A stretch of DNA of 64,000 bases from the NCBI GenBank assembly GCA_964648105.1, contig CAZYMH010000001.1, positions 79,999 to 143,998 of the forward strand, read 5' to 3'. Positions within the stretch are counted from its first letter, which is position 1, and each line of letters starts with the position of its first letter. Below are positions 55,124-64,000 of this stretch, one piece after another. Position numbers and translations under genes: made by a program. Under the pieces are notes generated by a model. That model was not told the DNA's origin. It worked only from the letters and a program-made list of their open reading frames with translations, and did not search any database. The stretch is from an uncultured Candidatus Saccharibacteria bacterium (GTDB lineage Bacteria > Patescibacteriota > Saccharimonadia > Saccharimonadales > 2-12-FULL-41-12).

Positions 55124-56158
55124 CTAAACTAGTTCTGGCTCTTGAACTAAATCGATATTGAACTTTTCTTTTACCGATTTTACGACGGCATCACGAAATG
55201 CCAATAGTTGTGCCGTCTGTGTGGCCTTTTCGTTAATAAAGACTAATGCTTGTTTATCCCATACAGCCATTCCTGTGTTGGGTTCGTGGTAGCCTTTAAG
55301 TCCAAGTTGTTCAAGTAACCACCCAGCAGCTACCTTCGCTTCATCTTCGCCGACTGGCCAATACACAACACTCGGATATTTTTCGCGGATTGGCTCAAGA
55401 TCCATCATGCTAATAATCGGGTTATGGAAAAACGATCCACAATTTGGAATTTGGCTGGGGTCTGGCAATTTTTCTTGGCGAATATCGACAACTGCTTGCC
55501 GCAAAATTTGTGATGTAACTTGCCCATGAGGGATTTTTCGCTCGTCTAAATAGGCCGTCACCGAATTATAAAATGGTGGCATTGGTTTATTTTTAGTTAG
55601 CGACAGAGTAATTGAGGTTATTAAGAAACGATCTTTGTCGTCGGTTTTGAATCGGCTTGTTCGATAGCCAAAGCCACAATTAGATTTCGGTATAACCACC
55701 ATTTGTTTATTTTCTAAATCGTATGCCTGTACGCATACTAATACATCAGCAATTTCTCGGCCGTAAGCTCCGACATTTTGGACTGGTGTAGCTCCAGCAG
55801 TACCTGGAATCAGAGATAATTGTTCAATGCCTGACATGCCTGCTTCGACCGATCTAGCGACTACTGAGTCCCAATTTTCGCCTGCTCCAACCACTATAAA
55901 TTGTTGCTCGCCTTGATCTTGTACATCGTAGCCAGGGATTTTGTTGACAATTACTACTCCTGGGTAGCCAGCATCCGACCAAATAATATTACTGCCTGAA
56001 CCAATCATTTTTATCGGTAGATTATTGGCTTTAGCGAACTCAGCAATTGTTGCAATGTCATGATAATCCTGTACTTCGCACAAATACCTAGCATTACCAC
56101 CAAGTCGCATAGTTGAGTAATTTTTGAGTGAAACGTTTTGTTTAAGTCCTTCGAGCAT
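55124..56158 (-). CDS. murB: UDP-N-acetylenolpyruvoylglucosamine reductase
   Basis: LKNYSTMRLGGNARY, GSGSN, IPGTAGATPVQNVGAYG and GYRTSRFK motifs. Confidence 0.92.
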   Translation of the reverse strand: MLEGLKQNVSLKNYSTMRLGGNARYLCEVQDYHDIATIAEFAKANNLPIKMIGSGSNIIWSDAGYPGVVIVNKIPGYDVQDQGEQQFIVVGAGENWDSVVARSVEAGMSGIEQLSLIPGTAGATPVQNVGAYGREIADVLVCVQAYDLENKQMVVIPKSNCGFGYRTSRFKTDDKDRFLITSITLSLTKNKPMPPFYNSVTAYLDERKIPHGQVTSQILRQAVVDIRQEKLPDPSQIPNCGSFFHNPIISMMDLEPIREKYPSVVYWPVGEDEAKVAAGWLLEQLGLKGYHEPNTGMAVWDKQALVFINEKATQTAQLLAFRDAVVKSVKEKFNIDLVQEPELV

Positions 56159-56212
56159 AAGTACTATTATATATGACTTTAATTAGACAAAAAAGCGAGT
56201 ATAATATATCTA

Positions 56213-56752
56213 ATGAGTGAGAATAATCAACCCTACAAAAATTTTGGAGATCGAATAAAGTTTTTGCGTGAGCAATGGCAACAATCGATTGAGGAAATGT
56301 CGTATGCCCTTGAGATTAGTGAAAGCTCACTAATTGCTATAGAAGATGGGCTAGAGCTACCAGAACCAGAAACATTTGAAATGATGGTCAATCACTTTTT
56401 GCTAACCGATGATCAAGCCGAAGATTTACGTTCACTGGCTTACTTTGACCAACCCAAAAACTCTAGCAAGCTACCACCCTTACTTGATGAATCAGTAATT
56501 AAACAATTACTGGTCATGACCACTACCGAAAACCGCATCGCCTACACCGACGGAATGCACGCCAATGTCAATGATCATGGTGTAATCCTGCATTTTACTC
56601 AAAATAATCCTGGGGTAAAGAACCTTGTGACTGTTAGCAAAATTGGCATGAGTCATCAACATGCCAAAAAAATCATCGAAGTACTCGAAAAAACAATTGC
56701 CGAATACGAAAAAAATAAATCTCCTAAACAACTGCCCGACGAAAAAAACTAA
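56213..56752 (+). CDS. HTH domain protein with DUF3467-like C-terminal domain
   Basis: N-terminal FGDRIKFLREQWQQSIEEMSYALEISESSLIAIEDG (HTH-like). The C-terminal ANVNDHGVILHFTQ pattern is DUF3467-like. Confidence 0.55.
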   Translation: MSENNQPYKNFGDRIKFLREQWQQSIEEMSYALEISESSLIAIEDGLELPEPETFEMMVNHFLLTDDQAEDLRSLAYFDQPKNSSKLPPLLDESVIKQLLVMTTTENRIAYTDGMHANVNDHGVILHFTQNNPGVKNLVTVSKIGMSHQHAKKIIEVLEKTIAEYEKNKSPKQLPDEKN

Positions 56753-56761
56753 ACTTATTGC

Positions 56762-57061
56762 TTAAATTTTTTCGACTACTTTATTAGCGATTTTTTCTGG
56801 TAGTTTTTTGGTGAGAACTTCGGCTTTTTCTGACTCTTCGAGTTGTTTTACTTCCACCCTAGCAGCTTGCCAAGCCGACCAATGCCCCGACACTAATGCC
56901 CATAGCGATAGAGCTGATACATATGTTACGCTATCAAGCCAATGTAATTTATAAGAAACAGGAATCATGACTATCCAAAAAACTGTAAACCAACCATTTA
57001 CCCGTCTCATAAATACTGGATCACCTTGCACCGACGCCCATAATGATTTTACTAATTGCAT
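56762..57061 (-). CDS. small membrane protein
   Basis: 99 aa with two hydrophobic helices. Confidence 0.5.
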   Translation of the reverse strand: MQLVKSLWASVQGDPVFMRRVNGWFTVFWIVMIPVSYKLHWLDSVTYVSALSLWALVSGHWSAWQAARVEVKQLEESEKAEVLTKKLPEKIANKVVEKI

Positions 57062-57186
57062 AAACTAACTCGCTTTCTTTTCGTATATAATATCATCATT
57101 CGTTGACATCTGAATATCATATAAATGCACCCTAAATTCCAATACTAGCATAAATGAAAAAACCGCCAGAGTGGGCGGTGCTTTCA

Positions 57187-57263
57187 TGGAGGGCCATCTG
57201 GGACTCGAACCCAGGACACGCGGCTTAAGAGGCCGCTGCTCTAACCAGCTGAGCTAATGGCCC
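57187..57263 (-). tRNA. tRNA-Lys(CUU)
   Basis: GGGCCAT/ATGGCCC acceptor, anticodon loop CTCTTAA, T-arm CTGGG-TTCGAGT-CCCAG, encoded CCA. 77 nt. Confidence 0.9.
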
Positions 57264-57285
57264 ATAAAATTTATGGTCGATGTAC

Positions 57286-57975
57286 CTAGATTTTAATATA
57301 ATTACCCCTGTTTGTAAATAATTTGTCTTTGTTGGCGTCTTGTTCTACGTGTTGAAATATTCCAGGTGCATTGCTATAAACTAATGCTTTATGTGCATTT
57401 AAGGCTTTTGTAATCGTGGGAATTAATTTTATATCAAAATTAGATTTTCGACCTTTGGTGCGTCGCCAAATTAAACCTGACACTACTTCCATATCATCAT
57501 AGTTTGGTAAGCTAGATTCGAAGCGTTGTATTAATTTGATAATTTTCATTGAGTAGCCTTTGACAGGATAAGCTAATAATCTTTTTTCGCAACTCCCAAT
57601 AGTTTGGCCAAAATCATCAACCAAATTCGGATATCGATTTACGATATAGCCGTCTAACATCAAATCTGTTCCAATCTCGTTTACTACTCTAGCCGTATTA
57701 TCATCAATAGCTGGATATTCTGCCTGAACATTTTGTCTGAAGGTTTGCTTTAATTGACTAACTTTTGCTAAGCCATTCATCGCTGCGTCACAGGCAAGAT
57801 GATAATCCACTCCCTTTTGGACATCACGGTGAGAAGCATCTAAACAATCACGATTTGCAGGAGAAATACGATGTAAACGCTGGCCAACCATGCCCACAAA
57901 ATCTGGTGCCATGCTACCAAGTTTAAATTCTGGCGAAGCATCACCTGCTAAATATAAGTGTCCCAAAAAATTCAT
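57286..57975 (-). CDS. acyl carrier protein phosphodiesterase (AcpH)-like protein
   Basis: The N-terminal MNFLGHLYLAG...MAPDF motif is characteristic of the AcpH family. 229 aa. Confidence 0.55.
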   Translation of the reverse strand: MNFLGHLYLAGDASPEFKLGSMAPDFVGMVGQRLHRISPANRDCLDASHRDVQKGVDYHLACDAAMNGLAKVSQLKQTFRQNVQAEYPAIDDNTARVVNEIGTDLMLDGYIVNRYPNLVDDFGQTIGSCEKRLLAYPVKGYSMKIIKLIQRFESSLPNYDDMEVVSGLIWRRTKGRKSNFDIKLIPTITKALNAHKALVYSNAPGIFQHVEQDANKDKLFTNRGNYIKI

Positions 57976-58046
57976 TGTGTAACTAATTATCTAACACTTG
58001 TTTGTTTGCTGCAAACTATAATAAATGTTAAAATCGACTGATATAA

Positions 58047-58123
58047 GCGCGTGTAGCTCAGTGGATTAGAGCATCGGTCTTCGGAACCGAGTGTCGTAGG
58101 TTCGAGTCCTACCACGCGTACCA
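58047..58123 (+). tRNA. tRNA-Arg(UCG)
   Basis: GCGCGTG/CACGCGT acceptor, anticodon loop CTTCGGA, T-arm GTAGG-TTCGAGT-CCTAC, encoded CCA. 77 nt. Confidence 0.9.
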
Positions 58124-58162
58124 TCGATCTATACTTTATATGCTAAGCAATTAGCATATTTT

Positions 58163-58684
58163 TTATTTTAAATTATCGAGTAAAAACATGGCTTTTTTGC
58201 GGACAGATTTAGATTTGTGGTTAGTCTGTATCTCAAACAAAGCCATAAGTTCGTCTACATGAATTTGATGTTGCTCATAAAAATGTTGCATCGCTTTCAT
58301 TACGTTAACTGAAACTATCCAATCAACATTAAGTGAAGAAACTTTAGATTTTAGCCAAGCAACTGCTTTATCTGACTGTGGTTTGGTGAGCTTTATTTCA
58401 ATAAATAATTGAGCTAAATGCCACTGGATTGAAGCTTGATTACTTTTTGTCAGATCATTTATGAGTTCATTAACATACGGTTGTGCCAATCTAGGTTCGT
58501 CACGCACTAATTTTTCGAAGCTATCAATTGCTCGCATTCTCACCCAAGCATCTAGCGAGTAAATACATTTAAATAATTCATCGAGCTTAGTTGGGTCAGA
58601 CTTAACAATTTGGAGGACTTCGTTAGCTCGCCCGAGCGAATTGGTATGACCACCAACAGACAAAATTTCTTCAAATGATTCCAC
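58163..58684 (-). CDS. hypothetical all-helical (HEAT-like) protein
   Basis: 173 aa with a GTG start and helical repeat character. No firm motif. Confidence 0.45.
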   Translation of the reverse strand: MESFEEILSVGGHTNSLGRANEVLQIVKSDPTKLDELFKCIYSLDAWVRMRAIDSFEKLVRDEPRLAQPYVNELINDLTKSNQASIQWHLAQLFIEIKLTKPQSDKAVAWLKSKVSSLNVDWIVSVNVMKAMQHFYEQHQIHVDELMALFEIQTNHKSKSVRKKAMFLLDNLK

Positions 58685-58735
58685 AAGATTAGTATAACAC
58701 TGATGTGATCAGCTCAATTTATTCAAAGTACTAGC

Positions 58736-59359
<624 letters not shown>

Positions 59360-59615
59360 TCACCTTCCTTACCCCATAAAACTAAAAATTTAATTAATAT
59401 TTAAGAAATTTATTTTCTAAATAGTTATTATGGATTCCCTGCAAATTACCTCCACGTAAATTGCATGAAACTTCAGAATAATAAGAACTTTGATTTGCGT
59501 CAACATGTTGTTGAATTAGTTGTATTTAATTCAAAAGTGTTTTTAACTATAAATTTTTAGGCGTTGTAAAATTTATTGGTTATGTTTTTTGCTTGCTAAC
59601 CATTGTCTCCAAATC

Positions 59616-59644
59616 TTGCTAAAAACTCCCCCGCAATCTATAAT
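59616..59644 (+). promoter_or_regulatory. sigma-70-like promoter for tRNA-His/proB
   Basis: TTGCTA (59616-59621), 17-nt spacer, TATAAT (59639-59644), 18 nt before the tRNA. Confidence 0.5.
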
Positions 59645-59662
59645 AAATTTAGTCAATATTTG

Positions 59663-59740
59663 GTGGCTGTAGCTCAGTCGGTTAGAGCGTCTGATTGTGG
59701 TCCAGAAGGTCGCCGGTTCAATTCCGGTCAGCCACCCCAA
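59663..59740 (+). tRNA. tRNA-His(GUG) with encoded G-1
   Basis: An extra 5' G (59663) opposite discriminator C. Acceptor GTGGCTG/CAGCCAC, anticodon loop TTGTGGT, T-arm GCCGG-TTCAATT-CCGGT, encoded CCA. Confidence 0.88.
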
Positions 59741-59777
59741 TTTTAATGATTTGAAATTATTACAGAAGCATGGACAA

Positions 59778-60587
59778 ATGAACAGACAAGAATTGGTATC
59801 TCCAGAATTAGATACATACATAATAAAATTAGGAACGTCGGCAATCGCCGATGTATTTGTTGATGGCACTGAGCAAATCAACCCTACAGCGATACACAGT
59901 ATTGGTAAACAAGTTGTAAAATTATCTGAAAACGAGGACAAAAATGTTATTATCGTTTCTTCAGGAGCAATCGCTGCTGCAATTGGTGCCTCGCGTCCAA
60001 GCTGCACCAGACCAACCGATCTTAAGCATCTACAGTCTTTATCGAGTATCGGCAATCGACTTTTACTTAATGCATGGGAAATGGCTCTGCCAAGTCACTT
60101 GATTGCTCAAAACTTAATAACAAATAATGAGCTGAAATCCGATAAAGAAAAAGACAATATTTTGGGAGTCTTAAAATTTCAATTATTTTCGTCGAACAAA
60201 AAAATAATTCCAATTATTAACGAAAACGATGTGGTCGCAACCGAAGATTTAACATTCGGCGACAATGATATTTTGGCTAGTCAGTTAGCCGTGTGCATGC
60301 AACAATCAAAATCTTTTGGCAAAATCGGTTTATTTTTGTTAACTAATGTCGACGGTGTACTCAATGAAAAAAATGAATTGATAAAAGTTATCAAAAACCC
60401 AAGCGATTATAAATTTTTGGACAGCCACAAAAGTTCATGCGGCAAAGGCGGAATGGTTAGTAAAATGCAAGCTGCTAGTACATGTAAATCGAACGACATT
60501 CCAATGTGGATAGCTCACGGCAGAACACCAAACTGTATCGAGTTAGCTCATGCGGGCCAAGTCGGAACATACATTCCGATTTATTAG
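59778..60587 (+). CDS. proB: glutamate 5-kinase (amino-acid kinase family)
   Basis: IIKLGTSAIAD, VSSGAIAAA, FGDNDILASQLA, LLTNVDGVL. I chose the ATG at 59778 because the longer track ORF (59697) starts inside tRNA-His. Confidence 0.8.
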   Translation: MNRQELVSPELDTYIIKLGTSAIADVFVDGTEQINPTAIHSIGKQVVKLSENEDKNVIIVSSGAIAAAIGASRPSCTRPTDLKHLQSLSSIGNRLLLNAWEMALPSHLIAQNLITNNELKSDKEKDNILGVLKFQLFSSNKKIIPIINENDVVATEDLTFGDNDILASQLAVCMQQSKSFGKIGLFLLTNVDGVLNEKNELIKVIKNPSDYKFLDSHKSSCGKGGMVSKMQAASTCKSNDIPMWIAHGRTPNCIELAHAGQVGTYIPIY

Positions 60588-60603
60588 CTTGTATAATTAG
60601 ATA

Positions 60604-61137
60604 ATGAATTTGCTATATGTAACAGGCAACAAAAATAAAGCCAAATTTATAAGACAGAATTTTGATTTTGATTTCGAAGTTTATGACTTGTCTTTGGACG
60701 AAATTCAATCGCTTAATCCTGATGATATTATCAAACATAAAGTTATCCAAGCCTACAAGCATATCAAGCAGCCTGTGTTTGTCGAAGACACTTGTTTGTT
60801 TATAAATGAACTCGGTAATTTACCAGGGCCATTTATCAAATTCTTTATAAATGAGTTAGGCCTAAACAAAATTTGTGACATGATAAATAACGATCGTAGT
60901 GCAAAAGCAGTAAGCACAATCGGTTATTATGATGGCAAAAATCTACATATTTTTCAGCGAGAATTAGCAGGCCAAATTAGCTTATCGCCAAAAGGCCAAA
61001 ATGGATTTGGTTGGGACAAAATTTTTATTATTAACGGCCAAAAACAAACTAATGCTCAATTAACAGATAGAAATTATCTTAATTTCTATAAATCACTCAA
61101 ACCATTTGACGAACTAAAAAATTACTTAACACGTTAA
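60604..61137 (+). CDS. rdgB: non-canonical purine NTP pyrophosphatase (HAM1/RdgB family)
   Basis: LLYVTGNKNK, VEDTCL and GFGWDKIF motifs. 177 aa. Confidence 0.8.
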   Translation: MNLLYVTGNKNKAKFIRQNFDFDFEVYDLSLDEIQSLNPDDIIKHKVIQAYKHIKQPVFVEDTCLFINELGNLPGPFIKFFINELGLNKICDMINNDRSAKAVSTIGYYDGKNLHIFQRELAGQISLSPKGQNGFGWDKIFIINGQKQTNAQLTDRNYLNFYKSLKPFDELKNYLTR

Positions 61138-61140
61138 GTA
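61123..61140 (+). repeat. 18-nt near-palindrome, copy 5 (spans rdgB stop, abuts convergent gene stop)
   Basis: Exact TACTTAACACGTTAAGTA. Here it is read as TAC TTA ACA CGT TAA, so the motif supplies the stop codon. Confidence 0.95.
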
Positions 61141-61770
61141 TTATATTGTTAGTAAATACAAACAAGCGATTGGGATCAAAAAATTGTCTATGCCATACCA
61201 CGACAAACTTTCGATTATCGTTAGCACTATTGGCACCAAAATCACCAAATACCAAAAGCTATATTCGTTGCGATGAGTCACATACGCACTAAGCATAATC
61301 AAAACTGAAGTTACAAAAAAAGCTAAATTGCCGTGCAGTGATTTTTTGTTGCCCAGGATTGAATAGCTGGTAAGTTTGCCCCACTTTACCCCGACAAGTG
61401 CAGCCGCCGAATCAGCTACCGCCAGGTGCAAAATCGAGATTGTAAATATCCAAACTTTTGGCTCGAGTAAAGCCAACAGAACGATTGCCAACGCAAACAA
61501 AATTTCTCCGATTGTTACTCGCTCGACTGCGTGAATTGAACGAAAAATACCGACTTTTTTGCTAATCAAAATTACCAGCACAAAAGCAATTCCTAAAATT
61601 TGAATTTCTAACCAACTAGCAAAAAATGGCATAAAAGCAACGATTATACCTGACAAAACATGAACTAACTTTCGGCTAAGTTCGGTACTGGCTAATTTTT
61701 TGTGATGCAAAAATTCTGAGAAAATCAGTACACCAAATATGGCAACACAAACAATTAGCAAATTAATCAT
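61141..61770 (-). CDS. polytopic membrane protein, dolichol/phytol kinase-CdsA superfamily-like
   Basis: 209 aa, 6-7 TM. SRKLVHVLSG and DSAAALVG motifs resemble the CTP-dependent polyprenol kinase family. Confidence 0.5.
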   Translation of the reverse strand: MINLLIVCVAIFGVLIFSEFLHHKKLASTELSRKLVHVLSGIIVAFMPFFASWLEIQILGIAFVLVILISKKVGIFRSIHAVERVTIGEILFALAIVLLALLEPKVWIFTISILHLAVADSAAALVGVKWGKLTSYSILGNKKSLHGNLAFFVTSVLIMLSAYVTHRNEYSFWYLVILVPIVLTIIESLSWYGIDNFLIPIACLYLLTI

Positions 61771-61818
61771 TAACCTATACTATAGACCTAATATTTTCCC
61801 GAGACAATCTTGATGTAA

Positions 61819-63645
61819 TTAATATAAACTTTTCTTGGACAAACCGCCCCATTCGACAACTGTAAAGCCATTTCGCTGTGGAGCGTTGAATGTTTGGGGC
61901 TGTAATTTTATCGGATTATCCAGCCCATCAAAATCTAAGAATACTCGTATCATAGTTTGTGGTTTGGGAGTTATTTTGAGCGGGGCGAGTTGATTCATTT
62001 GTTCGGTATTGAGCCACGAAAGACGAGTGTATGGCTTGGTTGGTAAATTTGGTTGCCAATAGTCTACGAAGTCATTTATTTCTTGAGTATTTAAGCCTTG
62101 TTGAGCGAGTTGGGACTTAATAGTTGCTACTGCTTCTCGTGTTGGCACAACAACACCTTTATCGACGAATGGATACTGGCCATAGCCAGGCCCTTCCCAA
62201 AATAATGATCTATATGTTTTGCCTTGGTAGCTAAGAAGTCCACTCGGGCTAGCAAGCACGTTTTGCCAGCCCGAAGCTGGATCATATAATGGCTCAGAAA
62301 CTTTTACATCGGCACCAACTTTTAGGTTAATTAGTTGCTCGGTCTCGGGATATAAATAAACTACTGGTTTAGCACAACCAATCGCAGGACGAAATTCGTC
62401 TTGGACATAAGCTAATATCTTACCATCGACGTCTTTATATATAATTATGGCATGATTTTTGGCAAAATCATCTTGCGTCATGCTGGCTTTGTATTTTTGC
62501 TCGGTATCGGTTTTATAAAAATCGATAAATTCTTGGTAGGCTTTCACAAAAAGTTCGTGTTTAGTACTTGTTAAGGCATAGATTTTCTTACCTGAAGTTG
62601 ATTGGCCAGCCTCTTCGAGGTCGCTACTTGCAACGTTATTGGCTTCGGTGACCGCTGGCGTTAAACTACCGCAGCCTTTAGTAATTGGTGAGATTTTGCC
62701 ATTTGTAGATGATAAGCCAATCTTCCATTTATAACCCGAAATATCGGTTTCTATCGGTTCATAAACTAGACCAACTTTATTATTAATTGGAGTGTTTATT
62801 TCGTAGCTAACAGAGCTTAGCTTGGTTTCATTTGATGTATAAGCTGTTTTTGTTAGTGTGCTTTGGCCGAGTTTTTTTAGTTCAGTTATTATCGGTTTAG
62901 CCGAATTTGGGTTTTGCTCTTCTTTTGGCTGGCCTAAAATGCTAAATTGTGGACGTTTAGCAACCATATTATTGCCAAGGTCAATCTTGTCGGGAATTGT
63001 TAGTGAATCATAAGACACTTTGTCATCAAAAGTAACTTTCGAAGCAATTGAGTCACGTTGGGAATTTAGTTCGTCGTTATTAATAACCATTTTGGCATCG
63101 GGCTTAACAATGTAGACGGTCTTACCTGCCTGATCTTGCTCGAAAATATCCGTCATAGGAGTTATTATAAAGTAAGTAGATTTTATTATTTTTTTGCCAG
63201 CCCGCGAACCAACTTCATAATATTTTGCCTCTATGTCGCTTGGGTAAAGTTTGAGATCGGGCAGAGCTTTCGGTTGGCTAAGCCATGTTTCGCCAGTAGT
63301 TGGATTGATAAACTTTTCTAGCTCTGGATTTAACGGCTTTTTATCGGTATTAATCGATTTATTTTGGTCTGGTTGCGATACTTGTGGAGATGAATTTGTG
63401 TTAGTTTTTTTATTTTGAGTCAGAAAGTACCATACCCCGACAGCCAAAACTATCACCAGAATCGTTGCCAAAATTAATAATAATTTCTTCTTGGATTTTT
63501 TGGGGTGTTCGTCGATATAATCGCCAATTGTGTGTCTATTTAAATCACTTGAGGGAGTGCTAGGCGGGGTATCTTGCTGGATTGGCTGCTCAGTTATCGG
63601 TTCGCTTGATTCATTATTATTTAAATCATTTTGTTCTTGCTGCAT
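61819..63645 (-). CDS. hypothetical N-terminally anchored extracytoplasmic protein
   Basis: 608 aa with TM LLLILATILVIVLAVGVWYFL after a polar N-terminal region. No recognised catalytic motif. Confidence 0.6.
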   Translation of the reverse strand: MQQEQNDLNNNESSEPITEQPIQQDTPPSTPSSDLNRHTIGDYIDEHPKKSKKKLLLILATILVIVLAVGVWYFLTQNKKTNTNSSPQVSQPDQNKSINTDKKPLNPELEKFINPTTGETWLSQPKALPDLKLYPSDIEAKYYEVGSRAGKKIIKSTYFIITPMTDIFEQDQAGKTVYIVKPDAKMVINNDELNSQRDSIASKVTFDDKVSYDSLTIPDKIDLGNNMVAKRPQFSILGQPKEEQNPNSAKPIITELKKLGQSTLTKTAYTSNETKLSSVSYEINTPINNKVGLVYEPIETDISGYKWKIGLSSTNGKISPITKGCGSLTPAVTEANNVASSDLEEAGQSTSGKKIYALTSTKHELFVKAYQEFIDFYKTDTEQKYKASMTQDDFAKNHAIIIYKDVDGKILAYVQDEFRPAIGCAKPVVYLYPETEQLINLKVGADVKVSEPLYDPASGWQNVLASPSGLLSYQGKTYRSLFWEGPGYGQYPFVDKGVVVPTREAVATIKSQLAQQGLNTQEINDFVDYWQPNLPTKPYTRLSWLNTEQMNQLAPLKITPKPQTMIRVFLDFDGLDNPIKLQPQTFNAPQRNGFTVVEWGGLSKKSLY

Positions 63646-63667
63646 TTGCCCCTCCGTTTTACATTTA

Positions 63668-64000
63668 CTAAATTAGTGTTTGCCAATAATACCAAAATCG
63701 ATACAAAATAAAGCCAATTATTAGCAAAATAATACCTACATATACATCAGCATGATGTTTCTGAGCAAAATTGACAATTTTTTGATATTTTTTGGGTACA
63801 TCTAAGTATTTTTCGGTAAGCATATAAAGTGTGGTATACCAAAATAGTAAGATGGTTGTCGCCCAAACGCTCATACAATATGGACATAAACTTTTAATGA
63901 CAAAAAAGCTTTGATACATAAGATATAAGACAAAAAATAATCCAAATATTGTGCCTGCCCAGACTAAACGCCAAAACCACCGCTTAAAGCTTGCCCCCGC
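63668..64000 (-). CDS. vitamin K epoxide reductase (VKOR)-family membrane protein, C-terminal part (gene continues beyond window end)
   Basis: CPYCMSVW redox CxxC at a TM boundary. The reading frame stays open upstream of the track Met through position 64000. Confidence 0.6.
   Translation of the reverse strand, partial: AGASFKRWFWRLVWAGTIFGLFFVLYLMYQSFFVIKSLCPYCMSVWATTILLFWYTTLYMLTEKYLDVPKKYQKIVNFAQKHHADVYVGIILLIIGFILYRFWYYWQTLI

Noticed and set aside
59573-60055. 160-aa minus ORF, and the N-terminal extension (59697-59777) of the proB ORF
   Set aside because: Both overlap tRNA-His. The minus ORF is antisense to proB and has no motifs. proB is better started at the ATG at 59778, downstream of the tRNA.

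Overview
This is 64 kb of A+T-rich, tightly packed bacterial chromosome, transcribed mostly from the minus strand. The gene content points to a reduced-genome Patescibacteria/CPR organism of the Saccharibacteria type; this is an inference, not proven. Supporting content: pyk-pgk-tpiA, murA/murB/murD/murI/mraY, metG, pcrA, rsmA, glyA, folD, nadD, proB, pdaD, many small secreted or anchored proteins, receiver-only response regulators, and the standard genetic code with TGA used as a stop. RNA genes are a tmRNA, six tRNAs (Glu-UUC, Arg-UCU, Gly-UCC, Lys-CUU, Arg-UCG, His-GUG) and a truncated second tRNA-Arg copy. I saw no rRNA and no CRISPR array. Accessory and unusual content: (1) A roughly 9 kb integrative element abuts tRNA-Glu. 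It carries a large serine recombinase, an XRE regulator and a Gabija-like pair: an OLD-family ATPase/TOPRIM nuclease plus an enlarged UvrD-type helicase with an extra C-terminal domain, followed by a 3-TM protein gene. (2) A hicBA module lies beside a 12-nt remnant of the tRNA-Glu 5' part. (3) A surface-protein locus spans 27.7-37.7 kb and includes PKD-domain MPxTG sortase substrates. Two sharply G+C-rich single-gene segments encoding secreted proteins are embedded in it. Each is followed by a homologous hairpin module with compensatory changes. (4) An IS200-like Y1 HUH transposase (RAYT type) is bracketed by inverted copies of a perfect 25-29 nt palindrome, with further copies elsewhere. (5) The 18-nt near-palindrome TACTTAACACGTTAAGTA occurs five times, including inside three unrelated housekeeping genes. 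(6) Smaller oddities: an HTH-MurA fusion, an atypical tRNA-Gly(UCC) next to cell-wall genes, a LysM-Rpf protein, and a pdaD gene coupled to a membrane/N-acyltransferase-like gene. All protein calls rest on motifs read by eye from the supplied translations. No database search was run.
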